Source of the DNA: Lama guanicoe
Taxonomy: Eukaryota
Direction: 5' to 3'
Assembly (NCBI GenBank): GCA_013239625.1
Contig: MU053933.1
Coordinates: 2,319,026-2,383,025 of the forward strand
DNA: 64,000 nucleotides
Every line of letters begins with the position of its first letter. The stretch's first letter is position 1. Under the pieces are notes generated by a model that did not search any database, was not told the origin of the DNA, and saw only the letters and a program-made list of their open reading frames with translations. Made by a program: the position numbers and the translations under genes. Positions 1-12,235 of this stretch are shown one piece after another.

Positions 1-422
1 GGCCCGGGGCTCAGGCCAGCGTCCTGAGACCTGGGAAGGGTAGGGCCCGCAGCCAGCGTGGCCGCAGAGAGGGGCCTGGGCCCTGGCTTGAAGGGAGGAG
101 GCGCTGGGTGAGAAGAGGTGCAGGCGAGCTAGCCTGGCCGACACGGACACGGAGCAGCAAAAGGCCCAGTGGTCCCGCCTTCCCTCGAGCCCTGATGGGC
201 GGTCTCGGAGTCTGAGGGCTGCGCAGACTTGAGCCACTGCTGCCGCACCCCAGGGACGCGGCCCGGATGAGACGCCCTCTAGGTGCAGGTCCCGAGCACA
301 CGGGACACCGGGCACCTCCTTTCCCTCAAAATGCAGATCGCAAGCTGTTCCTTTAAAGCACCTTCAGTAAGACTTACTTGCATTTTCAAAAGAATGAGAT
401 TTTCAAAACCTTAATTTTAATG

Positions 423-541
423 TTTTGGGGGTTTTTTTGGCAGGGGCAGGTAATTAGGTTTATTTGTTTGGTTTTTCAGGGGAGGCACCGGGGATTGAAC
501 CCAGGACCTTGTGCATGCTAAGCATGTTACACCCTCCCCCC
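423..541 (-). mobile_element. tRNA-Ala-derived SINE (camelid Vic-1 type), internally deleted
   Basis: GGGGAGGGTGTA head, B box GGTTCAATCCC, AATAAACCTAATTACC body, A-rich tail; A-box segment missing. Confidence 0.85.
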
Positions 542-3299
542 ACCACAATGTTTATTGACATTTTATATTCATTAATTATAACCTGCGTTTTCACTTTTAA
601 TGCGCACCTTTGAGTACTGTGAAAGGAAACAACTATTTGAAAACAATGAACAATTTTTTGTTGTTCGTTTTTGTATTTCACTTAGTTTATGGAAACGTAT
701 TCAAGGGTTTACACTCTGAATACAACTGTGGCTTTTAGAAATATTTTAGAGCAACACTGTTAGTTGATATTAACGTAATGAAAATCTTGAGTGTAACATG
801 ACTGGCGACTGAACATGTTGAAACGGGGGTAAGGAACACACGTTTGGGGGGTGAATGTGCAACGTGAGGACGCGCACGTCTGTGCTCCGGGCACGCCTGA
901 CGTCCCCAGTGCAGACGGCCCAGACCCGCGCGACCACGGCCGAGCGCCAAGCGTGCTCTCCTGCTTTGCCCCACCCGCCACCTCCTCGTCCAGCTACAGG
1001 CAGACTTCACCGTGTCGCCGCGGTCTCTGTACTCTCCGTGTGCAGGCCTGGCGGGGCCCCTCACACGCTGGCTCTGAGCCCTCTGCCCTTCCCGGGGTGG
1101 GGGGTGGGGTTGCCATGGAGGGAGGGAGCCCACAGCTGAGGGGTTCCGGGGAGCAGAGCCCTGCAGCCCCTGCACTGGGACTGAGACGAGCAGGCCTGCC
1201 CCAGCCTGGTATGCGGTCCCTGCCTCGTTCGCCGGGCCTGTCCTGGCTCGCGGAGCACGTCCGCTGGGGACCCCGCGGCCACACGCAGAGTGAGCAGTCA
1301 CCTAGGCCAGACCCTGAGACCCTGCTGGGTCCCGCGCCAGGGGCCGCCCCTCCCTGGAGTGCTGGGCAGACCCCGGGGGCTGGCTGGGGTGTGACGTTGC
1401 ACCCAGTGACCCCCTTTGCCACCTGCAAGACGGCAGCAGGCGTGGGGAGGGGTCCGAGGCCCCCTGCTGAGGCTGCAGGGCCCGCTCTCCGCCGGGGGCA
1501 GCTGCCTCTCCCGCGGCCACGTCCACCTGGAGCCAGGCATGTGCAGGCTGGCAAATCACAGGTGATTCATGTGGCTAATTTATTTATGACAATCAGGCTA
1601 AATTTAGGTTAATTACTTTTTAATCATTCTCTCGAGGGTACATGAAAATACTTGAAGCCAGTCCACGAGGCGGAGCGCTGCCGGGGACGGAGTGCTATCT
1701 GATGGATGGGGTGCCAGTCGACGGGGACCGGGGCGGGGGCCAGGCCTCTGCGCTGCTCTGGGAGGGGCTGGGGGCCCTGGCGGGGATCCAGGCACTCAGA
1801 TGTGAAGGTGTGCCCCAGGGCACTTGTCTGCTTGCCCAGCCCCACGCCCCTCCCTGGATACACCTGGACATGGAGACCTGGGTCCCTGCAGTGAGCTCCC
1901 ACCCCAGCTCCTCCGTCTTGGCCCCCCATCCCACCCACGCTCTCCCACTCAGCTTCACTCTGGAATTGTCTGACTCCCTCAGCTGACTGGAGGTGCTGGG
2001 CCTGCCTTCCTGAGCAGAGGAGGGGTGGGGGGACACAGCCAGCCAGGGGGCACAGGCTCTTCCCAGGCACCAGCTCAGGGCCCCAGATGCCGAGGTGCCC
2101 ACTGCCCCACAAGCCGCCGCCCCCCACTCACCACGTCGTCAGTGTGGCAGGAAGCCCTGCCCTGCTCCCACGGGCCCCCGCCTCCAGGGGCTTGTCCCAC
2201 AGACAGCGGACACCTTCCTCCTGCAGAGACTGCTGACCACAAGCGCACAGTGCCGTGGCCCAGGCACAGTGCCCAGCGGCCTTGCGTGTCGGGGGTTCTG
2301 GTTCCTGCTGCTTCAGGCTTGGGATGCACCTGACACCAGGGTCCATGTGAGGCCCCAAAACAGAGTGTGGGTTCATACATAGGATGGTCAGGCTAAAGCC
2401 AAAAAATAAATATGAAATACACTTTAAAAGTAATCTCCAGAAGGGTGAAGAACTGGCATCAAATAAGCCTGCGTTTATTCCCCTGTCCCCTCCACGACAC
2501 AAGCTGTCAGGGCGGGGCTGGAGGAGGAACACCCCTGTCCAACACCCTCCCCCTGCCCCCGCCCGGCGCCAGCCAACGCATCGCCTGAAACACGGATGGG
2601 GATGCACGTGCAGGGGTGGGTGACACTTCACCAACATTCTCATTTTATGTTTTTCAAATCATACAAGTATCACACGTCGGCCGTAACAAGGGGACAGACC
2701 AAAGTTGGTGACGGTCTCAGTCCCACCAGGGCTGTGATGGCAGCTGGTCCTGGGCCAGGGCTTGTGGCCGAAACCCCCAGCACGCCTGATGGACAACAGG
2801 CACTGTCTCCAGGCAGCAGGCGAGGCCTGGCTGAGACTGTGACCCCAGAGAAAGTGACACGAGGCTGGGGACCCTCCCGGGGCAGGGTGGCTCCCACGTG
2901 GCACAGAGCTGGACCGGCAGGGGTGTGCAGGTGGGGCACCAGGACGGGGGCGGCACCAGAATCCGTGGCCCCCAAGCCCTTGGCTGAGGACTATCGGCAC
3001 CCGCCAGTGAGCGTGTGGGGACGGCCAGAGAAGCTGGTCTGGGGTGGGCGTAGGCAGAGGCAGGGCGGTCCAGGGAGCTGGCAGGGCATGTGGAGATCCC
3101 ACCTCAGCCCCTCGCTTGTCCCCTGGCACCCAGAAAGGCCATGCCTCGCCCTAAGGGAGACATCCGTAAGTCAGGTCCACGCCAGACCTCCCCCAGCCTC
3201 TGGCAAAGACCAAAGTAAGCCCTGGCAGGAGCTGGGGGCGGTCTGGGTGTGGGGTCCGGTGAGTCACGGGAGCTTGGGAACCCCTGACGCGCCTCAATC

Positions 3300-6200
3300 G
3301 GACCCAACGCAGCACAAAACCAAACTCACACCGATTCAAGGACCAACTGGATCAAGAAGCAACACTCTTCAGGGAAGAGCCCAGAGTCTGGGACATCTCA
3401 GCGGCAAAGCTCCACCGATGACGAAAAACCCCCGATGAGAGAAGAAGGGAGAGGCAGGCGATGGCAGCCGGGAGGTGGTCCTGGGGCTGGAGCCGCGAGA
3501 TGCGAGCGGTGTGTGAGCAGGTTCGAGGGACAAAGGGAACACACGGTGAAGATGCGGCACCTCGCAGGTCAGCAGGGTGCTTAAGCGAGTCAGCTGCACT
3601 CCTCGGTTCTGGAACAGCCAAAACGCGTGATTCCCTGGCCGGCTCGGCCAGAAAACCGACCACAGAACCAAACTGAGGAAGAGAGGAAACAAGACTGAAG
3701 AGAAACGGACAGACTACGGGACCCGAGGACAGTCTCGGGGGTCCTGACCCCACGTGGCCGGGTCCTGGGAGGAGGGAAGAGCGAGGGTGGGTTTTACGGC
3801 GGAAGCGGCAGCCCCAGGCAGCCGCGCGAGGTCACTGCACAGAAAGCGTGGACGCGTGCTGCGGCCAGGAACTTTGAGGGCACCGCTGTCAGCTGCAGCT
3901 GTCACCAAAACCCAAAACCAGGGGTGTCCTGACGAGTGGACGGAGAGAAACGAGGTGGGGGTGTGCAGCAGGCAGGCCACCTCTGCCCCCGATTACAGCG
4001 CCGCCGTCTGCATGGGGCCCAGGAGGCCGGAGGGCCCGCGGAGGGACCACAGAAGGCCACTTTGAGTGAGAGCCCTCACCCGGGCGGTGGGAGCCGTGTC
4101 CTCCCGTCTCTGGCCTGGACTGAGGGCAGCTGGACCAGGGACCTCGCAGCAAGCGTGGACAGCCAAGTCCCAGGAGAAACCTGTTTCTAGAACTGGACAG
4201 GCAGAGGTGTGCCGAATGCCAAGGGATAGAGGACCCTCTCCTTTCTCCTGGCCCTGCCCAAGGCCGGCCTGTAACCAGCACCCCCTCTACAGTCACAGCT
4301 GGGCAGGTGCCCCAAACCCCAAGAGAGGCCAAAGGAACCAGGAGAAAAGGCCGCTGCACCCACAGCTTGCGAGGGCACGGGCCCCAGCTGTGCTGGTCCG
4401 CGCGGAGCACAGAGGCTGCCCGGCTGAGAGCTCCAGACCCGGCCGGGAAGCGGGCCGGGGAAGGGGGCCGGGGCCAGGGCCACAGGTCAGGGGGAGTGGC
4501 AGGGAGAGCCCTGGAGGGGGCACCCCGATTCCCTGTGCCAACCACCACACAGAAGCAAGAAAAGCTTAAAGACCTAAACCATGATGCAAACCACCCCAGC
4601 CCCACTCTGACCCGGTCCGGGCCACACAAACCCAGACACGGCGGCGAAGGCTCCGAGGACAGAGAAGGCAAGACAGAGCTTCAGTCCGAACCTGCAGGGC
4701 GGAGTCCCTGCCTTTGAAAAAAATTTCCCGAGAAACTGAGCAGAACCAGAGTCTGAAAACACGACACTCAAAATAATCACATACATAGCAGTCAAGCAAA
4801 GGTTCTTCAGCAGGAAGCGCAGGTACAACTCTGCAGCCCCAGGGGCAAGCCCGGGAGCAGACGCCGGCCCGAGCACGAGCGGTTCCGAGGCCCCGCCCTC
4901 CCTGAGCGGGGCGTGCGCACCTGCAGCGCCACGGCGCACAGCTCTCAGCAGGGGAACCGAGACGTCAACAAGACCTAGAGCCAAAACAACACAGCACAGG
5001 AGGTGGGTCTTCCTGCAAAAGCCCGCAGCAGAACGAAGGTGGCAGAAGATTCAGGGCACGTGAGGTGGAGCCGCAGAAACGACTCCCGGAGAACAGAGAG
5101 AGGACAGGAGGTTCTGACGGGCCGGGGCATCGCAGGGCCCGACCCCGGGTCCCAGGCGTCCCAGGGGGAGAGGGAAGACAGTGCCAAGGAACGGTGGCTG
5201 CCAGCTTCTCGAATGTGGCAGACACACGAATTTACACACTCGCAAAGCTCCATGACACCCAGACAGGACAGACTCGGGGAGGCCAGGGCCGGAGATGGCC
5301 CAGCGTGAAACCAGAGACCGAGGGGGCCGGAGAGGGGCACAGCTTCAGGGGCGCCAACTCCAGTCACGGCGGGGACGCGAGGCCCCCGGACAGTGGACGA
5401 CGCCCCTAGTCTGGACCCTACAGCGTGGAGGGTCTCCAGTGACACAGGGGCAGGTCAAGCCTGGGGACGCGGTGCCCACAGGGAGTTCTTGACACAGAAA
5501 GTGACACCCGAGGGGACAGGGCCTCAGAGGCAGATGACGACACAGGAAGAACGAACATCCAGCAAGCGTAACGTGCTGGCTTTCTCCTTCAGCTTCTTTC
5601 AAATAACCACCGGAGGCCAGAACTTGAACATCGTCCGGGTGACCCGCATGTGCACGTGTAGCACGGATGACAAACACGACGGGGGGCCTCATGACCGGAA
5701 GGGCTCTGGGCTTCACCTGCAGTGGTGCAGCATTAACACGGACTGCGCACAAGCGGAAGTCTGCTGTGGTCCCCAGAGCAAGCACTGAAAGATGGACACC
5801 AACAAGCACCTGAGAAGCCAACAAGCTGGGTCGGCCGACACCGACCACTGCAAACAGCCCGGCCGACAGCCAGGCCCTCCGCACAGCGCAGGGCTGCGCC
5901 CGGGGCCTCGCGGTGACCTGCGGAGAGGAGGGTACGTGTGTGTGTGTGTCTGTGTGTGCAACCAAGTCAGTGTGCTGTGCACCGGGCACGAACACAACGC
6001 TGTAAACGGACTACACTTCGATTTAAAAGTTTTAAAAACCCCAACAGACTAAAGGGAATACTAAAAAATACTCAAGTAATCTAGAAAAGGACAGGAAACT
6101 AGGAGGAAAGACTCAAACCCGAGGGGCAAACGGAAGTCAAATGCTGCAGACGAAATCCAAGCACCGCAGGGATCTTCACTGAACATAAATACACTCATTA

Positions 6201-6450
6201 AAAGCGAGATCGTCAGACCAGATAAAAAATAATAAAAACACAGCAACGAGACCCAAACACATTCTCTCTGCAAGAAATCCACTTTAAACGTAATGCTTTA
6301 TTTAGCTGGTTTAAATGTTAAAAAAAAATCTCAAAGAAAGCAGGAGGCCCAGGTGGCTTAACGGGGAAGTTCCACCAAACTTTCAAGAACAGGGGATCCC
6401 GTAAGAAAGAAAGATGGAGAGTCCGAGCCATCCTCGAGGCCGGCCTGACG
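3300..6450 (+). mobile_element. Ancient L1M-type LINE-1 relic (ORF1 / inter-ORF / start of ORF2), strongly GC-shifted
   Basis: Residual L1-like blocks (gaaaaaaatttcccgagaa; ccccagagcaagcactgaaag; cattaaaagcgagatcgtcagaccagataaaaa; ctgcaagaaatccactttaaa), A-rich + strand; boundaries approximate. Confidence 0.55.
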
Positions 6451-9400
6451 CAGCGAGCGAGACGCAGACGGGAGCCGCGCCCCACCCGCTGCGAGCGCGG
6501 GCGGCACAAGCGAGGGGTTTACCCCCAAGCACAGGAAGGCTGGGATCACAGAGTCTGGAGACACAACTCACGTTAGCGGACCAGCAGGGAAGCTGTGCTC
6601 GTGGCGCGGGCAGGTGCGGGCGGGTGGGGCGGCATCCTCGCCCCACGGCATCCCAAACTCGGGGAGGGTGTGGGTGGGAGGCAGGGCGCAGGCTCTCCGT
6701 CTGTCCTGTCCGTCCTCGGGCGCTGGGAGCCCTGGGGCCACAGCACTCAGCTCGTGCTGTAAAGGGTGAATGATCTGGGGCAACCTTCACTTCCCTGCAG
6801 CGACGGGCAGCCCCCTCCACGTGTCCCCTCAGCCCTGGGCAGCAGCGTCACCAATCCCGTGGCACCTCATTTGCCCACCCTGATTCCACGTCCACAGCGG
6901 TCGGTGCTGATGTGACGGGACAGCCCAGGCCGGGGACAGGAGGGGAGACAGAGACAGGTGGGAGCTTGGGCCAGGTGTGGGACTCACCTCCACGCTCCGC
7001 CTTCACTGGGCGCTGGTGGGCAGGGGCCCCTCCCTCCCCTGCGGCCGGTCACTCCCTGTGGGTACCCACCACGGCTCTGGCTCAGCCAGCCCAGGACATC
7101 CTCCCTCCCTTGTCCCTGCAGCCCAGACCTCGCTGGTCCCTGTAAGCCTGCCAGACTCCCAGGCAGTGCCCAGGGGCTGCAGCGGTGGGGAGCGAAGGCT
7201 GACTCCATCCTGCCCTGTGTGGCTGGGCCTCAGATGCCCTCCTCCTCGCTGGCGAGTTGGGGGTCCAGTGCGCGGGCTGGTGCTCACCCTTGACCCGCTC
7301 ACCCCTGAAGTCTGCAGGGGCTTCTCACCCCCGAGGAGCCACGTATGTGCACAGGTGAGCGTGGGGCATGGCAGGAGGCGGGGGCCGTGCCGGGTGAGGT
7401 GGCGCCCGAGGTCTGGCACCTGGGGCCTCGCTGCCGCCTCGTCCCCTCGAGTAGCTGCTCCTCGGGTGGGAATTGGTCCAGGAGGGAGAACCCCGTGAGA
7501 TTCCCCGAGTCGGCTTTGACCCGAAGCTGCGTGTTTCATGTGGTTCCAACTCATTTAGCGCATTATCCAGGATTTCAAAGAGCCACTAGCAAGACAATCC
7601 CTCGGTCTCTCGTTTCCATCTGAGCCAGCTCCAACGTCAGGTCCTCTGCCAGGGAGGTAAACCCACACGCGCAGGCACACGCTCACGCGCCACTTGAAAG
7701 GAACCTGGCACCACCGTCCCCTGGAGACAAGCTGAGTCGCAGGGATCCGTCACTTGCTCACACACGGCCCAGCCCAGGCAGCTGGCTCGGACCACCTATG
7801 ACCTGGTCCAGCCGCCCCCAGGACCCCACCCACCTACTGGGTCCGTGGCCTCCATCCACAGGCCGTTGCGCCCCTCACTGTGCTGCTGGGCAGCAGGTCC
7901 CGCCCAGAGACCCTGCGCCCGCCACTGTGTGATGGCAGCGAGCAGGCTGCAGGCCCTGCCATCCCCTCCCACTTCCCATGAGACCCCACCTGTGCTCCCC
8001 TGGCGCCGCCCCAAGGCTGGACACCAGGCCCGTCACCCTGAGAACACAGCCTCCCTCATCTCCACTCCTGAAAGACAGTGACCACCACCAAGACTCCTTG
8101 GGACTCCAAGGAGGAAGAGGTCCACGCAGGACCTCGGCTCCCGCTGCGGAGGCATTTCCGGGCCGTGTAGGATTCCTGAGGACAGCACCCGAGGCAGGTG
8201 GGAGGGGGCGCAGGGCTGCCCGGCCGGGGACAACACCCCTCTGGCTCCACGGGTCACAGCCCAGACCCACCTGCAGTGTCACACCGTGGACACGCCCCGC
8301 TCCAGGACCACTCAGTCCTGAGCTCTGCACCACTTACACATCAGCTCCCTCACTCAGAGATACAGCAAGTCTAGCCAAAATATAAAAGGTGAGGCCAAGA
8401 TTGCCCCACGTGGCGTGGCCTGAGGGCAGCAGCGCCGCGTCTGCCGGGCACACTCTCCTCCTGGACGCTGCGGCACCCTCCCAAGGCCGCATCACCCCTT
8501 GTTCAGCTGAGGAACAGGGGGCGGCGGAGGCGTGACTGGTTCACCTGGCTGGTGAGGGCAGCTGGGGAGGAGACTCGGGGCCTGAAGAGTGGGGCAGCCA
8601 GGCAGGGGACACAGCCAGGCGGGGGGCAGGGCACGCCTCCCAAGGCCAGTGGGCAGAGACCGCTGTGCGGGAGGGCAGGCGCTGGCGGAGAGGAACCCTC
8701 AGCAGGTGCCCGAGGATCCTGGGGCTCAGGGGTGACAGGGTGGCTGGCCTGGCAGACGGGCTTGAGGGCACCTCTGCTGACTCAGGGTGTGACTGGGCCA
8801 GGCTGGCGTCCTCCAGAACCGGGCTTTGCTCAGAGCGGGAGGTGGTGGGCCCGGGGCAAGTCCACACCCTGGACACAGGTCCAGATGCCACAGGGGCCTG
8901 GGCTCAGGGACTCTGGGTCAGAGGTGGGGAAGGCTGGTGCTGTCTGCCTCTTCAAGGACTGAACCACTGCTTTGTCCCCTCTACAAAGCCCAGTTCTGGG
9001 GGGGAGGGGCAGACGGGGGGGCCTCCCTCATGTACTCCACCCAGGCACCCTGGCTGACACAGGGGACGGACGCATTGGACAAGCGCTCGTCCCACACACA
9101 GACAACAGGGGCCGAAGGGCCGAGGGCCCTGCGAGCTCCGCGTTTCCGGTCGTGCAGGGCCAGAGCCTGGAGGGGCACAGTGGGGCCCCCACACCCAGGA
9201 GACAAAGCCCCGGAACTTCCCTCTCTGTCCCTGGGATCAGACTGGCAAACAGGAAAACAGGGTGGACGCTGACCCAAGCCTCCCAAATCTCCCACAAAAC
9301 CAGCACCACAGAAAAGGGGCCCCAAATGAAGACTGAAACACTCAGGAAGGGACAGAGCGAACAAGCGTTCTGAAATAAATGTAATTAAAATCCCCAAAGG

Positions 9401-10300
9401 GGAGCAGTTCAGGACACCTACGGAGGGAAGCGCACAGCCGGCCTGGGACGCCACCCTCGGGCGTCTGGGAACGTGCACGTGGAGTGACGCGGGGCCTCCC
9501 GGGCCTGGCCCGTCTGCACACACAGTATGGACAGCCCTGCTCCCTCTGGGAGTCTGGAACTTGGGGGCGGGCCAGGCGGAGGGCGCCCACGTGACCAGCC
9601 CCAGGAAAGCCCTGGGCACTGATCTCCCACGAGCTCCCTGCTGGCGGGTCAGTGCTTCCTTTGTGACTCCCTGGGGTGGGGGGTGGGGCTCAGGAAGCCT
9701 GTGCCCCGTGTCCCCTGGCTTCTCCCCACGCGACCCTCCCTGTGCTGCCTCAGCCCCTGGGCCTTTCTCTGCAACAAACCACAGCTGTGAGGCCTCCTAG
9801 CGAGTCGCTGAACCTGGAGGTGGGACCGGGAACCCCGCCTCCCACCGCCCCAGACCCCAGACATTAACAAGCACGGCTGAAACCCCTCAACGGCAAGGCA
9901 CGACGAGTGCTGCTGGCAGAGGGGCCGAGGTCCTGGCCCCGACCCCGGGTGGGCGGCGGGCAAGGGCCCAGAGGAGCGGGGCCGCCTGGGCACCGGGCTC
10001 GGGACGTCACGGGGCCGACACGAGAAGCCACGATGACCATCACCGCAGCAGCAACGGCGGATCGGGGACTCGGCCTCCGTGCTCCCATCCAGTGACCGGC
10101 CCAGACCAGGGCGGGTCGGCAGCCGAGGCAAGAACCACCTCTGAAACAGAAGCGTGGTCTCAGCGCCCCCTGCCTTCTCCCCGCAGGACGGCGTCAGCTG
10201 CCCACACCCAGGCTGAAGGGAGCGCGGAGTTCTGGCCCGAGGTCGGTGGAGACGTCCATCCTACCCGGGTGCTGCTGGGAAACCGGGAAGGCAAGGTTGC

Positions 10301-10320
10301 GGGGGGGGGGGGGGGGGGGG
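10301..10320 (+). repeat. G20 homopolymer
   Basis: 20 consecutive G. Confidence 0.9.
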
Positions 10321-10437
10321 AACCGAGCTGCCACCTGTGGAAGGCAAGTCTGCTGCGGAGCCTCAGGCCTGCCCCACGGCCACCTGGTTCCCACGTGATT
10401 GTATTAAAATGCGGCGAAGAAAAACACTGTGCAGGAT

Positions 10438-12122
10438 AGGGGGAAAATATATACCTTTATTTTTAACAGGAATTAAACTCCATCACAGAATAATGACACC
10501 ATGGGGTTCTTTCTCTTTTGTTCCGTTTAATAAATACTAATGAATAAAAATACTTTACTTTGCAAAGAGTCTGCCCCTCTTCTGTCTCCAGATTTCCTGG
10601 GGGCCCCCGAGGCCACCTGCTGACATGCTCAGGTCCGCGCTGCGGCAGGGGCCACCCCTGCCCCGCCAACTGCTTCCCCTCCCTGTGGCGGGGCTCCTTC
10701 TCATCCAGCAGGCCTGCAGACACCATTCAGGCACAGCCCCCTCCCTTCCCACCCCTCCCGGACGCCAGCCCTCGAACTGAATTTCAAATCTCAGGTGATC
10801 CCCCGTCTGAGGAGGAGGAGGAGTCTAGTTTCCACCGAAGCTCGACGTGGGCTCCCTCCAGTTGGTCCCACTGAACACCGAGACTGCGTGAGCGGGTTCA
10901 GGAGAACAGACCCCGTCCATGGGTGCGTTATGAAAGGGGAAGGATAATGCAAAGTGCACTGTGTGCCTTGTAGACCGTCCCTTACTTCAAAAATAGAAAC
11001 TCCTATGAAATTTAAGCTGTTAGAGTCTGCAGGCAACACATCTGTTATTGCTTGTAACAGACCCCAGCGTGGGGCCGAGCTGCCCACACCAGAGGACGCC
11101 CAGACCGCACCCAGATCCCCACCCCGGGCCGGCATGCGCGCCGCGCGTCCACGCACATCCACGCACGTCCACGAGCGGCAGCGGCGGTCCAGGTCGGGAT
11201 ACGGCGCGCCTCTGTGCTCCGAGCTGACGGGGGACTCCCTTCCCACCCCAAGCTGGGAAGAACGGTTTTGTCCCAATTGTTGAAGTTCCTGCCGCAGCTG
11301 CCACGCACGAGAGCTCGGAACTTCCCAGTTTTTTGGCTGGAAGAAAACTCTGGCAGACCCAGAAGAAACCTGGACTAAAATCTGTCTCACACGCTCCGGC
11401 CCTGGGGGCGCGCCTCTGGGGACGTGCCGGTGACAGAAGCAGAAGTGTCACCTTTGACCAACACCAGCAGGGAAACGCCGGTCTTTGTGACCAGCGGGAA
11501 ACTTCTTTTCTAAGTGAACCCCATTTTTCATTAATCCACGTTTTAAAAAAGTGTTCATTTCCTCAAAGTATTTCTAAATGTGGTATTTTTAATACACAAC
11601 AAATGAAAAGAGGTGACTAGACGGTAAGAAAAAAACCCGCTTGTAAAACGAAGTACTGAAACAGGGTTCCATGCCCCTCGTGGGGGCCAGGGAACCAGGG
11701 GGGGCCCCAGACACGTCCCGGCTGCCACCTTCTGCCGGGGCTACAGGCCCCCGTCTCGGGGAGGACGTTGCTGGTTCCAGTCCCCAGGGGGCCGGCGCAT
11801 CCACCCTCACACTGTGGGAGGGAGGGAGGCCACCAACTGCTGGGTGTGTGGGCGCGACAGCTGGGAGAGGCGGTGGTGATGGCTCCCTGCACCACTCCTG
11901 GCACGCCTCGCCACACCCAGCTGTCACCGTCCTCAGGTCGTAATTTCAGAAGAGAAGCCTGTTTGGGGCAGGAAAGGTGGGAAAAAAATAGATGCTGTGG
12001 TTCTGCAAGCTTGCCTTTTTTGGTACCAGCACAGAGTGTCACTGTCACTAAGCGTTCCAGAGGAGGACACCGGAAACCACCTGGCGGTGTGTGTGCACGC
12101 AGGTGCGGGCACAGTGCGTGGC
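10438..12122 (-). other. UBE2G2: UBE2G2 3' UTR (~1.7 kb, end approximate)
   Basis: Runs from the stop codon to the AATAAA at 10456-10461; contains U-rich blocks at about 11480-11660 and 10440-10560. Confidence 0.7.
10456..10461 (-). terminator. Poly(A) signal AATAAA of UBE2G2
   Basis: tttatt on + strand; downstream on the minus strand is a GU/U-rich element (cagtgtttttcttc). Confidence 0.7.
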
Positions 12123-12235
12123 TCAGAGCCCCAGCGACTTCTGCACGATCTGCTTGGCAACCTTGTAAAACTGCTCCCGGTCATCCCGCCACATTTTAGA
12201 GGCGTCCACGTTGGCCCCGCTCTCATCGTTGGGCT
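12123..12235 (-). CDS. UBE2G2: UBE2G2 coding exon 6 (EPNDESGANVDASKMWRDDREQFYKVAKQIVQKSLGL*)
   Basis: Acceptor ctctctttcAG; TGA at 12123-12125; total CDS 43+36+46+119+141+113=498 nt = 165 aa + stop. Confidence 0.97.

Noticed and set aside
270..288. Second CTCF motif (CACCTAGAGGGCG)
   Set aside because: Mismatches the 5' CCA of the core; too weak in a GC-rich background
1..10400. TSPEAR exon 1 or KRTAP10/12 genes expected by synteny
   Set aside because: No signal-peptide exon and no Cys-rich pentapeptide-repeat ORF found in this interval
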